Origin: Planctomycetota bacterium
GTDB lineage: Bacteria > Planctomycetota > GCA-002687715 > DRQF01
Direction: 5' to 3'
Length of the DNA stretch: 39,174 nucleotides
NCBI GenBank assembly: GCA_027001995.1
Contig: JALTLO010000153.1
Coordinates: 1 to 39,174 of the forward strand
Positions 7,528 through 17,308 of this stretch are shown piece after piece (within the stretch, counting starts at the first letter, position 1; every line of letters starts with the position of its first letter). Under the pieces are notes generated by a model. It saw only the letters and a list, made by a program, of their open reading frames with translations. It was not told the DNA's origin and searched no databases. The translations under genes and the position numbers were made by a program.

Positions 7528-8943
7528 TCAGTCCTCTACGACATGATGAGAGAATATTTCTCGATACTCCAACCATTTCTCTCGGTCGAACTGGCCATCA
7601 CGCAGACATTTGGCGGCGGAGTAGGCCATAAATAGAGCGTGGTGGGTGTTGTCGTGGGCGAAAAGACCTTGACGGCCATAACTCAAGAAGTTCGGGAGTT
7701 TGGAAACCCAAGCGTCCAATTTCTCGAATGGCTCTTCATAACCAACAGGATAGAGAGGATAAGCCTGGGGCAAACGCCTAGTCCAGACTTCGGCGATTTT
7801 GCATGTGACTTCCAAGTCACAGTGCCTAAGGTCGGCCTCAATTCTCTTGCCCAGGGTTGCATCATCGCTGTTCCAAGTTTCGTCTCCCACCAAGCATGGG
7901 ACCTCGGCGCAAATAACGGTGCGCCCCTTGGGCTCTGAACGGACGGCATAGTTTTTGGTCTCTGACAACCTGGTCAGCAACAAGTTGGCTTCAGGGAAAT
8001 AATGAGCATCAAACTCCGTGAACTGGTGGGTCTCCAATTCCAAATACACCAAAATCATGGCGCGATAAGAGATGTTCTCACGGGCGGCCACCACATCCTC
8101 TGGGACTTGGTCGCCCAAAATCTTTGTCAACGTCGTCAGGGGAATGGTCGACCACACTTGGTCGAATTGCTCCTCCCTTGAGGCATCCTCATTGGCAGCC
8201 CGAATCTGCCAGCCGCCCTCATTCTGCTCAAGGTTCCTGACCTGCGTTCGCAAAGCAATCTCAGCACCAAGTTTCTCCGCCTGGTCTGCGTAGGCTTGAG
8301 TGATGGCACCAAACCCATGGCGAGGATAGTAGAACCGCCCCGACATTTTGGCTTTGAAACCTGGGACTTGCCCGAAGACCTTCTTCAGCAATTTGCCGAA
8401 AGAACCAGCGGACACGCGGCGGCGAGCTTGAATACCAGCCATTTCCTCTGGTGCCAATCCCCAAATCTTTCGGGCATAGGGGAAATAGAAATCATCGCAG
8501 ATCGTCGCCCCCAAATTGGCCCGTAGAATCGAGCCAAAAGTCTCACCCTCATCGCCTTTGCCAAAGATGGTTTTCTTCACCATGTCGCCAGCGGCACCCA
8601 GGGCAAATCCTGGGTTCAAATGAAAGACAAGATCCATAGGCTTCAGAGGAAAATGAACCCAGCGGCCACGCAAACGAATCCGGCCATGCCGTGGACGATC
8701 GAGCAAGTCCTCCCCCAAGAAGCTCTGAATGTCATGGAGGACTTCCGGCTCTGTGACCGGATGAAGGCGATGGCTCCCATAGTCCAAGACATGCCCATTT
8801 TTTTCGAAGGTTCCAGCATTCCCACCCAAATGGTCGTTCTGTTCGAAAAGCACAACCTCAGCAGCATCAAGCTGGCGCAGTTTATAGGCAGCACCAACGC
8901 CAGCAGGACCACCGCCCAAAATAGCAATACGTGTTTTCATCAT
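7528..8943 (-). CDS. FAD-dependent oxidoreductase, HemY/UDP-galactopyranose mutase-like family found in glycan clusters
   Basis: GGGPAG, GG motif, DYGSHRLH, KIWG, FYYP..GFG, AYPLY and GRQGLF. ATGA overlap with the GT2 stop. Confidence 0.85.
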   Translation of the reverse strand: MMKTRIAILGGGPAGVGAAYKLRQLDAAEVVLFEQNDHLGGNAGTFEKNGHVLDYGSHRLHPVTEPEVLHDIQSFLGEDLLDRPRHGRIRLRGRWVHFPLKPMDLVFHLNPGFALGAAGDMVKKTIFGKGDEGETFGSILRANLGATICDDFYFPYARKIWGLAPEEMAGIQARRRVSAGSFGKLLKKVFGQVPGFKAKMSGRFYYPRHGFGAITQAYADQAEKLGAEIALRTQVRNLEQNEGGWQIRAANEDASREEQFDQVWSTIPLTTLTKILGDQVPEDVVAARENISYRAMILVYLELETHQFTEFDAHYFPEANLLLTRLSETKNYAVRSEPKGRTVICAEVPCLVGDETWNSDDATLGKRIEADLRHCDLEVTCKIAEVWTRRLPQAYPLYPVGYEEPFEKLDAWVSKLPNFLSYGRQGLFAHDNTHHALFMAYSAAKCLRDGQFDREKWLEYREIFSHHVVED

Positions 8944-9947
8944 GAGTTTCCGACGTCAGGATTCTTGTGTGTCAACTTGCACACGACGAAGGTCGTGGCG
9001 CTATAGAAGAGATGGACTTGGTGAAAAAACCAAGCTGCCAAAGCGAAGCTCAGACCTTGCTTCTTGACGAAAAAACGAAACAAACCGCCGTTCAGGGCCA
9101 ATGAGACAAGAATGAAGATCAAGCAGACAAGGGCCAAACAGAGATTCACCATAAGAAGAGGTAAAAGGGCCACCGTTGACAAGATCGCCAGTGGTGAGAA
9201 TAGAGCAGCAATCCTCTGGCTTAGCCGCAAGTTCAAATCGTCCGCTGGCTCATTCGATTCTAAGATCAAGTTGGTCCAAGGGATAGCCCGGGAAAAGATG
9301 TCCGTATGAATGACGCCGAAGACGCTCCATCGTTTCAAATGGGTGGCGTGCAAGTTTGGGTCTAGTTGCGTCTTGCCAAGTTTCTGCATACGTTGCCCAA
9401 GCTCGATATCTTCGATCATGGGACGGGGAAAACGCTGGGCATCAAATCCACCCACCTCATCAAACATCGACTTTCTGACTGCCCCACAGCCAGCCCAAAA
9501 AGTTGCGTTTTCGGTCTTTGCCTGTTGATGAGTGTAGTGATGCCGAAGATTCATATAAAGAGATGCCAAGTTCTTCTCGGGAGGATCATCGTCATAAGAA
9601 CCCGTCAACGTCGCCAAATTCCCGTCGGCAAATGCGGCCTTAACCCTCTCGATGACATCATCGGCGATGACGCAATCTGAATCAACGAACAGCACAACGT
9701 CAGACTTAAGAGCGGCCACCCCAGCGTTTCTTGCCTCTGCTGGACCGCCACGATGCCCCAGATTCAAGACCTCCACGCCCATAGATTCTGCCACCGAGGC
9801 CGTGTCATCCGTAGACCCTGGGTTCACCAGAAGAAGTTCGTCATAACCGCCAACTTTGATCAAAGCGCCAAGAGATTGGGGCAAGTGATGGGCAGCATTG
9901 TAGGCCGGCATGACAACCGCAAGACTAGGAAAGGACTCGCTCGGCAC
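8940..9947 (-). CDS. Glycosyltransferase family 2 with C-terminal transmembrane helices
   Basis: VVMPAYNA, GSTDDT, GPAEARNAG, FVDSD (DxD), GGFD and EDIELG. Likely start is GTG 9947 overlapping the upstream TAG, with GGAGAGG RBS. Confidence 0.92.
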   Translation of the reverse strand: MPSESFPSLAVVMPAYNAAHHLPQSLGALIKVGGYDELLLVNPGSTDDTASVAESMGVEVLNLGHRGGPAEARNAGVAALKSDVVLFVDSDCVIADDVIERVKAAFADGNLATLTGSYDDDPPEKNLASLYMNLRHHYTHQQAKTENATFWAGCGAVRKSMFDEVGGFDAQRFPRPMIEDIELGQRMQKLGKTQLDPNLHATHLKRWSVFGVIHTDIFSRAIPWTNLILESNEPADDLNLRLSQRIAALFSPLAILSTVALLPLLMVNLCLALVCLIFILVSLALNGGLFRFFVKKQGLSFALAAWFFHQVHLFYSATTFVVCKLTHKNPDVGNS

Positions 9948-10930
9948 TAAGCCTCTCCATCTTCCAGATGAGTTTGGTACCAAGCGACAGTTTCGGCCAA
10001 GGCCTGATCAAGACTTCTCTCTGGCGACCACCCCAAGAGACGATGGGCCTTGGCACAATCCAAGAACTGCCGGCGAATTTCATGGCTCGCTTGATTCTCG
10101 ACGATAGGTTCAAGCTCTTCTTTCCCCATAACCTTGAGGATGCGCTGGACCATCTGCAAAACATCGAGGGGTTCGTCATTGCCAAAGTTAAACGCTTCGC
10201 CGCAAATGTCCTCCCTGGGCATGGCCTCCGCTAGACACAAGTAGGCCTTCACTGCATCCAAGACGTAGAAGTAGTCCCGGAGAAACTTACCATCGCTACG
10301 AATCACGGGAGCTTCATCGTTCATAGCAGAGACAATCGTCCCAGGTACAAGGCGATTGAAGTTCAGATCACCCCCGCCATAGAGGTTACCGCACCGTGTA
10401 ATGCAAATCGGCAAACCATAAGTTTGGTGATAAGAAATCGAAATGAGGTCGGCACAAGACTTGGATACATCGTAAGGAAATCGACCCTGAAGTGCTGCGT
10501 CTTCCTGATAGGGCAGGATATCATGTTCGCCATAGGCCTTGTCACTGGAGGCAACAATGATGCGCTCCACCAGACCTCCTCCACGACGGCAGGCTTCCAG
10601 GATGTTCCAAGTGCCACGAATATTCGACTCAAAGGTTGAGATGGGAGACCGACTGGCGGTCCCCACAATGGTCTGGGCTCCCAGGTGAAAAACCGTGTCA
10701 ACTTCGTGCTCATTGATAGCGCGAGTAAGGAGTTCGAGATCTTGAAGATCACCAGTGACGCAAGTGCACTTGTTCAGATTCCCAGTCACTACAAGAGCAC
10801 TGCCAGGAACCCAATCACGGACTAAACAGACAGGCTTTGCACCTTGGGCCAAAAGATCGGCTACCAGAGCCGAGCCCAGAAGCCCCGTGGCCCCCGTGAC
10901 AAAAACGGATCTATCCTTCCAGAAATTCAT
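9947..10930 (-). CDS. rfbG: CDP-glucose 4,6-dehydratase-like SDR (B. subtilis YfnG-like subfamily)
   Basis: [30 protein letters not shown] and [15 protein letters not shown]. Start is ATG 10930 (ATGA overlap with the rfbF stop). Confidence 0.82.
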   Translation of the reverse strand: MNFWKDRSVFVTGATGLLGSALVADLLAQGAKPVCLVRDWVPGSALVVTGNLNKCTCVTGDLQDLELLTRAINEHEVDTVFHLGAQTIVGTASRSPISTFESNIRGTWNILEACRRGGGLVERIIVASSDKAYGEHDILPYQEDAALQGRFPYDVSKSCADLISISYHQTYGLPICITRCGNLYGGGDLNFNRLVPGTIVSAMNDEAPVIRSDGKFLRDYFYVLDAVKAYLCLAEAMPREDICGEAFNFGNDEPLDVLQMVQRILKVMGKEELEPIVENQASHEIRRQFLDCAKAHRLLGWSPERSLDQALAETVAWYQTHLEDGEA

Positions 10931-11715
10931 TTCCACACCTTCCAGGGCGCTTGGTCTTCGTCCCACATTTGGTTCAATGCCAAAGCCTCTTTGTAGGTAT
11001 CCATGGAATACCAAAAACCATCGTGCCCAAAGAGAGCCAACTCGCGCTCCGCGGCAAGGTTCTCCAGGGGAGCGGTTTCCAAGACGCATTCAACATCGTC
11101 GTTGAGATAGTCAAAGATGCCTTTGTTCATGACAAAGAAACCGCCGCTGGTTTGCTCAGTCATGATTGGTTTCTCCTGCCAATAGTCGACGATACCATCT
11201 TGGGCGCGCACGACGCCGAAACGTGATCGAGGATGAAAACCAGTCAACGTAGCGATCTTGCCTTTCTGGTGATGAAATTGAACCAGAGCTTCCAGGTCAA
11301 TATCGGAAAGGCCATCACAGTAATTGCAAAGGAATGTTTCGGTATCGATGTACTTCGCCGCCCGTGACAAGCGACCACCCGTTTGTGTTCGAGCCCCGGT
11401 TTCGACAAAAGTGATTTCCCAATCTTCCGTATTGCCTTGGTTAAGAAACTTCTTTTCGCCGGTGCGCATGTCGAGGACAAAATCGAAGTCATGGCTCTTG
11501 TAGTTCAAGAAATAATCTTTGATCATCGAACCCTTGTAGCCCAGACACAGCACGAATCGACGGTAACCATGATGGGCATAAATGCGCATCAAATGCCAGA
11601 GAATGGGCCGTCCCCCGATTTCCACCAGTGCTTTTGGCTTGAATTCCGTCTCTGATCGCAGACGTGTTCCTTCGCCACCGCAAAGAATGACGACTTGTTC
11701 GTTTTTTTCTGTCAT
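10927..11715 (-). CDS. rfbF: Glucose-1-phosphate cytidylyltransferase
   Basis: [57 protein letters not shown] and APWKVW. Confidence 0.95.
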   Translation of the reverse strand: MTEKNEQVVILCGGEGTRLRSETEFKPKALVEIGGRPILWHLMRIYAHHGYRRFVLCLGYKGSMIKDYFLNYKSHDFDFVLDMRTGEKKFLNQGNTEDWEITFVETGARTQTGGRLSRAAKYIDTETFLCNYCDGLSDIDLEALVQFHHQKGKIATLTGFHPRSRFGVVRAQDGIVDYWQEKPIMTEQTSGGFFVMNKGIFDYLNDDVECVLETAPLENLAAERELALFGHDGFWYSMDTYKEALALNQMWDEDQAPWKVWK

Positions 11716-12974
11716 TCAAGAACCCTCGGCCTCGGGATAGGGACAATGAAACGACCGCCACGTTTGCGATATTCAGCTTGTTGCGCAACGATCTCATCGG
11801 CGATGTTCCACGGAAGAATCATGACATAATCTGGTTGCCGCTTCAGGAGCTCATCTGGATGAAGAATGGGAATGTGAGTTCCAGGCAGGAATCGCCCTTG
11901 TTTCAGTTGGCTCCGATCGACGGTGAATTCGATATCTTCTGCGGTGAGGCCGCAGTAGTTGAGCAGAGTATTTCCTTTGGCTGGAGCACCATAGGCCGCC
12001 ACCGTCTTGCCATGGTTTCTGAACTCCCTCACCATGGCTACCAGGGTTTCGCGATTTCTGGCCACATCATGAGCAAATGTTTTGAGTCTGCTTGAGTCAT
12101 TCAGACCAACACGCTTTTCAGCTTCGATTCGTTTGTAGACCGCAGGATCATGATCGTCCAGCACACCTTGAGGTCGGGCAACGTAGCGCAAAGACCCTCC
12201 ATGCACAGAGACGTCATGGACACTTTCTAAGAAGAGTCCTGCTCTGGAGAAGATCCCTGCCAATGCCGTCACAGATAGATAACAGAGATGTTCGTGATAG
12301 GCCGTGTCATATTCGAGGTTCTCAATAAGATGCCAAAGCTGAGGGGCCTCCACCACCACATAACCTTCAGGCTCTACCAAGGTTCTCATGCCCGCTAAGA
12401 AGCCCTGGGTGTCATCCACATGAGCAAGGACATTGTTAGCACAACACACGGCCGCAGGTCCATGAGACTTTCGGATACGCTTGGCTTCCTCCTCACTAAA
12501 GAAAGCACTCTCCGTGGGAACGCCTGCTTGTTCGGCAATGGCGGCAACATTCTTGGCAGGTTCAATGCCCAAAACTTCGCTGCCCAGGTTCTGAAATGCC
12601 TTCAAGAGACTCCCGTCATTGCTGGCCACGTCGACGACCAAGCCCGGATTTTGTGCCAACCCTGCCGTTGCCACCACAAATTGTGCATAGGAGGCAAAGT
12701 GAACCCGCATGGTCTCGGACATACCCGTGAGATAGAGGTAGTGACCAAAGAGATGTTCAGCATCCACCACATCCAAGAGCTGCACTAGATGGCAATTTTT
12801 GCAATGAAAGATCTCAAGTGGAAACGATAGTTCCGATTCGAATTCTTTCACCGACCCAAGCAAGGCATTGGCGCAGGGCTGCTGACCCAGATCCAGGATA
12901 AGCTCCAGGTCTTCGGAGCCGCAGCCCCGGCAGTCATTTCTTCGCTGACAAAGCGACGACTGACTCGCACTCAT
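11712..12974 (-). CDS. NDP-hexose 3-C-methyltransferase (EryBIII/TylC3/TcaB9/NovU family)
   Basis: Zn-binding CRGC...CKNC, LDLG.QP.AN, SNDGSLL, NVLAH, YHEH, HGGSLR, YGAPAKGNTLLNY and ILPWN. Confidence 0.93.
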   Translation of the reverse strand: MSASQSSLCQRRNDCRGCGSEDLELILDLGQQPCANALLGSVKEFESELSFPLEIFHCKNCHLVQLLDVVDAEHLFGHYLYLTGMSETMRVHFASYAQFVVATAGLAQNPGLVVDVASNDGSLLKAFQNLGSEVLGIEPAKNVAAIAEQAGVPTESAFFSEEEAKRIRKSHGPAAVCCANNVLAHVDDTQGFLAGMRTLVEPEGYVVVEAPQLWHLIENLEYDTAYHEHLCYLSVTALAGIFSRAGLFLESVHDVSVHGGSLRYVARPQGVLDDHDPAVYKRIEAEKRVGLNDSSRLKTFAHDVARNRETLVAMVREFRNHGKTVAAYGAPAKGNTLLNYCGLTAEDIEFTVDRSQLKQGRFLPGTHIPILHPDELLKRQPDYVMILPWNIADEIVAQQAEYRKRGGRFIVPIPRPRVLE

Positions 12975-13939
12975 GGTCTTTCTTCCTCAAATGTAAGGGC
13001 GGCTTCGAGCCTCGACTTAAGATCGCTGCTGGGTACTGCTCCAAGAAGCTCTCGGCAGCGGACGACAGAAACAGGTTCGTGTTGCATTTCATCGGCATAA
13101 CGGGGGATCGCACCGAAGTTTAGATAGTCATTTGCCAGGTTCAAGACCTGGGCCGCAGTGAGAATAAATTCACGGACGGATTTGAGAGAACCGGAAGCCA
13201 AGTTGATCAGATCAAAGCGCAGGTCAGGGCAAGCTCCGAGAGCCACCAAACCTGTCGCTACATCAGAAACTTCAGTAAAATCCCGCATTTGATGGCCGTC
13301 ACTCAGGTCGATGGCTTCCATTTTATTCTTAGCCCGCCTTAAAGATGGCAAAAGTCGATTGGAATGTTCCCCAGGTCCAAACACGGTGAATAACCGAGCC
13401 ACGATCACTTCCAAGTCTTCAGATCCGCCCCTGAGAACCGCCTCGCTTCCGGCGAGTTTCGTTGTCCCGTAGAGCCCCTCGGGGCGACAAGGTGTCGTTT
13501 CGACCAAATCATTCTCTTGGGCACCGTATTCCAAGGCTGATCCAACGTGGACAAGGCGCTTTCTTCCCGAGGATTTGTTTGCTTTCAGGACTTCAACCAA
13601 ACGCCCAGGGAAGACTTGATTGATCTCCCGAGCCAATCCCCCGTCTCTTTCTCTGCGATCAATACCGTAGCCCACAAGATTGAACACCACCTGGGGCCCC
13701 GTAGCATCGATCAGACTCTCCAGGGATGCTTCCTCCGTCACATCCAAAAGATGGGCTTGGCCCTTGAGTTGCCACCTTGTACAAATTGGCTCAAACCGAA
13801 TTGGGTCTCGCAGCGCCAGATGGGGCTCAAGTCCCAACTGGGAGAGACAAGCGCACACCCAACGACCAAGAAAGCCGGAAGCGCCCAGAACCAGAATACT
13901 CTTGTTGGCGAATTTTTCTTTTGCTGGCAGTTGAATCAT
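12971..13939 (-). CDS. NAD-dependent epimerase/dehydratase, probable NDP-4-keto-sugar reductase
   Basis: GASGFLG, GSALEYG, YGTTK, RLFTVFGPGE and RDF. First gene of the coupled operon. Confidence 0.85.
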   Translation of the reverse strand: MIQLPAKEKFANKSILVLGASGFLGRWVCACLSQLGLEPHLALRDPIRFEPICTRWQLKGQAHLLDVTEEASLESLIDATGPQVVFNLVGYGIDRRERDGGLAREINQVFPGRLVEVLKANKSSGRKRLVHVGSALEYGAQENDLVETTPCRPEGLYGTTKLAGSEAVLRGGSEDLEVIVARLFTVFGPGEHSNRLLPSLRRAKNKMEAIDLSDGHQMRDFTEVSDVATGLVALGACPDLRFDLINLASGSLKSVREFILTAAQVLNLANDYLNFGAIPRYADEMQHEPVSVVRCRELLGAVPSSDLKSRLEAALTFEEERP

Positions 13940-14005
13940 CGTGAATTAGGATACACGGCAAAGTCGATGAATGTGAGTGGCATCAGTAATTTGAGATCAA
14001 AATCA

Positions 14006-15529
14006 ATGAGACTTCTCTCTTCCCGTCCAACACGGATCTTTTTGGTGTGTTGGGTCGTATTTGCGGCCCACTTCGCTACCAATGTCGTCCGCGAGCACTA
14101 TCCAGCTTTTAGCTTACTCGAAGATGGGGATCTTAAGCTGGATGAATATGCTGACTTCCACGCCGACATCTTCAAACACACGGACGGCCACTACTACATT
14201 GGCAATCAGATAACCGGGTCTTTGCCGGCGGTTCCCGTCTTAGCCCTTTTTGGTCCTTTGCTTGACGCTCTAGAGCAAAAGAGCCTGGACAATTTGGCTC
14301 GAAACGGTCCATCCGACAGCAATTACCAGACGGAATACAAGAATCGCCGAGCTTTCATGGCGAAGGTCAAAGCGCGGGGTTTAGATTTGCGTTTCGCCGG
14401 GGCCACCGTCATCACCAGCTTCTTCTGTATGGCCCCGATCTGCGCGCTTTTTGTGGCGTTCTTCTTCTGTGTCCTCCGCAAGCGTGGACTAGAAGAAAAG
14501 CGAGCCACGGCCCTTTGTTTTCTCTTCGCCTTTGCCACCCCTATTTTCTATCGGGCTGCCTATCTTAACCACAACATCTTCTTGATGATCACGGTTTTCC
14601 TCACTTATTGGTTGATCTGGTCAGACCAGGACGAGCAGCAAACAACATCTTGGAGACGATTAGGAGCTGGTTTCTGTGCTGGGCTTTCCATAGCCCTGGA
14701 CTATGCCGGTGTGGTTCCGCTCCTTGTCTTTTACGTCTACCTCATTTGGGCCCGCAAGAAACATGTGGGACTTCTCAAATCGATCAAAGAATCCATGGTC
14801 TACGTGGTGGGCTCTGTTCCTCCGGTGGCATTTCTTTGTTGGACCCAATGGATCATGTACGGCCATCCCTTCTTGCCAGGACAGAAACACATGCGCGCGG
14901 TCACTTTTACTGATCGCGGATATGTAGGTTTCTCCTGGCCTACTTGGGAGGTCTTTGAAGCCAACCTGTTTTCGCCCAACTATGGGCTGGCCACTTTCGC
15001 CCCGATCTTGTTGTTGGGATTCTTGCCGAAGGTTCTTGGGCACTCCGAGGGAGACTTGGTTCCCAAGATGCAGAAACGGGGCGCCTATGCTTTCATCTGG
15101 GCTTTTTTGATCTTCTGCGCCTGCAATCAATACTCCCTCATGCAATTCAATACAGGGTTTCGCTATCTGCTTCCCCTGGTTCCATTCCTCTTCCTCTTGG
15201 CCGCCGAACACCTGCGGAAATTGCCAACCCTCCTCCTTTGGCTTCTGGGTATTCCCTGCATGATTCACACTTGGGTTCTCAGTATGGTCAGGTACACCAA
15301 ACTCGACCTCAACGAAGGCCCTGACACGATTCCCGAATGCTGGCGGCGGATCATGGAGGATGGTTTGCAGTTGCCCAGTATCACTGTACTTCGACAAATC
15401 ACCTCCGACCCCAGCCATTTCATCCATTGGGAAATCTGGCCCTTCGCCACTTTCCTCCTTGTTGCCCTGTTGAGCTGGGGAATCTGGAGCTTGGGTGTCT
15501 TCGGCGACAAACCCACAACCACTGAGTAA
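14006..15529 (+). CDS. Polytopic membrane protein, probable GT-C fold glycosyltransferase
   Basis: About 10 or more TM segments, with an acidic loop after TM1 (REHY...DEY...DIF...GHYY) and C-terminal GFRYLLP. The track start (13547) lies inside the opposite gene; ATG 14006 or 13967 is more plausible. Confidence 0.7.
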   Translation: MRLLSSRPTRIFLVCWVVFAAHFATNVVREHYPAFSLLEDGDLKLDEYADFHADIFKHTDGHYYIGNQITGSLPAVPVLALFGPLLDALEQKSLDNLARNGPSDSNYQTEYKNRRAFMAKVKARGLDLRFAGATVITSFFCMAPICALFVAFFFCVLRKRGLEEKRATALCFLFAFATPIFYRAAYLNHNIFLMITVFLTYWLIWSDQDEQQTTSWRRLGAGFCAGLSIALDYAGVVPLLVFYVYLIWARKKHVGLLKSIKESMVYVVGSVPPVAFLCWTQWIMYGHPFLPGQKHMRAVTFTDRGYVGFSWPTWEVFEANLFSPNYGLATFAPILLLGFLPKVLGHSEGDLVPKMQKRGAYAFIWAFLIFCACNQYSLMQFNTGFRYLLPLVPFLFLLAAEHLRKLPTLLLWLLGIPCMIHTWVLSMVRYTKLDLNEGPDTIPECWRRIMEDGLQLPSITVLRQITSDPSHFIHWEIWPFATFLLVALLSWGIWSLGVFGDKPTTTE

Positions 15530-15615
15530 ACACCCAAACTTTCACATGTGGTGGCAGAGAGTCGAAGCTGATACCGTTGGCATCCGTTGCTTATCCGCCG
15601 AAACTGAGACTCGCT

Positions 15616-16383
15616 GTGAAACAAGGCCCACTGGTTGAATTGGTTGTCCCCACTCTGAATGAGGCTCACACCTTGGAGAAGAGCATAGAGACGATCCGTT
15701 CTTACCTTCAAAGTGATTTTCCGTATCCCGCACGAGTCTTGGTGGCAGACAATGGATCCCATGATGGCACAGGAGAATTAGGGGATCGTTTGGCCGCCAA
15801 GTACGACGATGTACGGTGCCTGAGGTTAGATCAACGGGGTCGAGGCCGGGCTCTCAGAGAAGCTTGGAGCCAAAGCGATGCGGACATTGTGGCTTACACC
15901 GACGTGGACATTTCGACAGAATTGCCTGCTCTGGAGAAAATCTGCCGCGCCATCCACGAGGATGGTTTCCACCTGGGGACTGGTTCCCGCCTGATGGCCG
16001 AATCCAGCGTCACCCGGGGCCTCAAACGAGAATTCATCTCTCGCAGCTACAATCTCTTCGTGAAACTAGTCTTGGGAACAAAATTCTCCGACGCTCAATG
16101 TGGCTTCAAGGCGATCACCCAAGAAGTAGCCAGCAAAATTATTCCGCAAATCGAAGACAACGGCTGGTTCTTCGACACCGAGCTTTTGGTCTTAGCTGAG
16201 AAACAAGGCTTCAAAATTAAGGATGTCCCAGTCCGATGGATCGACGACGACGATAGTCGCGTCAAGATTCTTTCCACCGCCTGGGATGACATATTAGGTG
16301 TCTTCCGTGTTCGTCGATTCCTTTGGAGCAGACGTTTCACCAGCGCCCGGGTCGAGCCTAGCCAATCCCAACTTTTGGCTTAG
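15616..16383 (+). CDS. Polyprenol/dolichol-phosphate glycosyltransferase (GT2, DPG-synthase-like)
   Basis: VVPTLNE, ADNGSHDGT, GRGRALR, YTDVD, GSR, DAQCGFKA, WFFDTELL and PVRW. Start uncertain (GTG 15616 or TTG 15577). Confidence 0.92.
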   Translation: MKQGPLVELVVPTLNEAHTLEKSIETIRSYLQSDFPYPARVLVADNGSHDGTGELGDRLAAKYDDVRCLRLDQRGRGRALREAWSQSDADIVAYTDVDISTELPALEKICRAIHEDGFHLGTGSRLMAESSVTRGLKREFISRSYNLFVKLVLGTKFSDAQCGFKAITQEVASKIIPQIEDNGWFFDTELLVLAEKQGFKIKDVPVRWIDDDDSRVKILSTAWDDILGVFRVRRFLWSRRFTSARVEPSQSQLLA

Positions 16384-16655
16384 GCTTCCTCTGTCCGTCC
16401 CCACACCCAACAACTCACCGCCCCCCCCATAGAAACTGACGGACAAAAATTACTCGTATTCTCATTGGGTATCCACCTACGTTTGCAAGTAGAAAAATAG
16501 ATTTATTTGACTCAGCCCGTGTGTTTAGTGCACAGTGTTTCCCACAGAGATCGGACGAGACCGGGCGTCCTGCACAAGAAAACGACGAGCGCGCATTTCT
16601 CATTTGCAGAGAAGGTCTGCTTCAACAGTAGAACTTTCCCGCGAAAGGAAGGCAT

Positions 16656-17288
16656 ATGAATATGAACTTCACAACACTGACTTGCTTGGCCATCATCATC
16701 TTGGCTCCTCCTGTTGTTTCCTATGGCCAGAAGAAATCCACCAAGAAAAAAAACCAACCCACAATTCTCTTGGATGTGGGCAAAAGTGGTCAAATCGTCC
16801 TGACTGTTCGCTCCAAGAACGCTGGAACATTCTCTCTCATCGACGCTAAGGGTCTGACCACACATGCTGGCAAATGGCGTGATCAAAATGGTCACCTCAC
16901 TTGGAAGTCATTGACGGGAGAACCTCCCATCGAAGGCAAGACCTTCCGCATGGAAGGCGCATGGCGCGTGCACTGGAAGACTTCCAGCAACACCAAGAAT
17001 GGCCGCAATCAACTGCCATTCAACTATGCCTCCTCAAACTCCGCAACGATTCGCGATGCTCAGTTGAAAACCCAGCCCAAGAAAGCAGAGGACCTGGCGG
17101 TGAAAAACAGCGCCAAGAAAAAGCGACCAAAAGTGATGACTGGAAAACTGGTCAAGAAAAGGAAACAACCCCTCCTCAAGAAGCGCCATGAAAAGATTCG
17201 GGGTAAGCGACAATCGGTAGCCGTCCTTTGTTTCGGGTCAAAAACGAAGAAAACTCCAGCAAGTGCGCAAGTATTGGCAAAGAATTAG
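16656..17288 (+). CDS. Hypothetical exported protein with Lys/Arg-rich C-terminus
   Basis: AGGAAGG RBS, signal-peptide-like N-terminus, beta-rich middle and highly basic tail. No family recognised. Confidence 0.6.
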   Translation: MNMNFTTLTCLAIIILAPPVVSYGQKKSTKKKNQPTILLDVGKSGQIVLTVRSKNAGTFSLIDAKGLTTHAGKWRDQNGHLTWKSLTGEPPIEGKTFRMEGAWRVHWKTSSNTKNGRNQLPFNYASSNSATIRDAQLKTQPKKAEDLAVKNSAKKKRPKVMTGKLVKKRKQPLLKKRHEKIRGKRQSVAVLCFGSKTKKTPASAQVLAKN

Positions 17289-17308
17289 TGGGTCGAACGC
17301 AGACATGG

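Noticed and set aside
13547..14005. N-terminal 153 aa of the 660-aa track ORF
   Set aside because: It overlaps the opposite-strand SDR gene and does not look like protein; the membrane protein plausibly begins at 13967 or 14006.
14660..15427. Long antisense ORFs (255 aa here; also 27004-27666 and 38429-39070)
   Set aside because: They are shadows of well-supported genes on the other strand and have no motifs.
16392..16445. TGTCCGTC/GACGGACA inverted repeat around a C8 tract
   Set aside because: The 38-nt loop and absent U-tail argue against a terminator, and the intergenic C8 has no evident phase-variation target.
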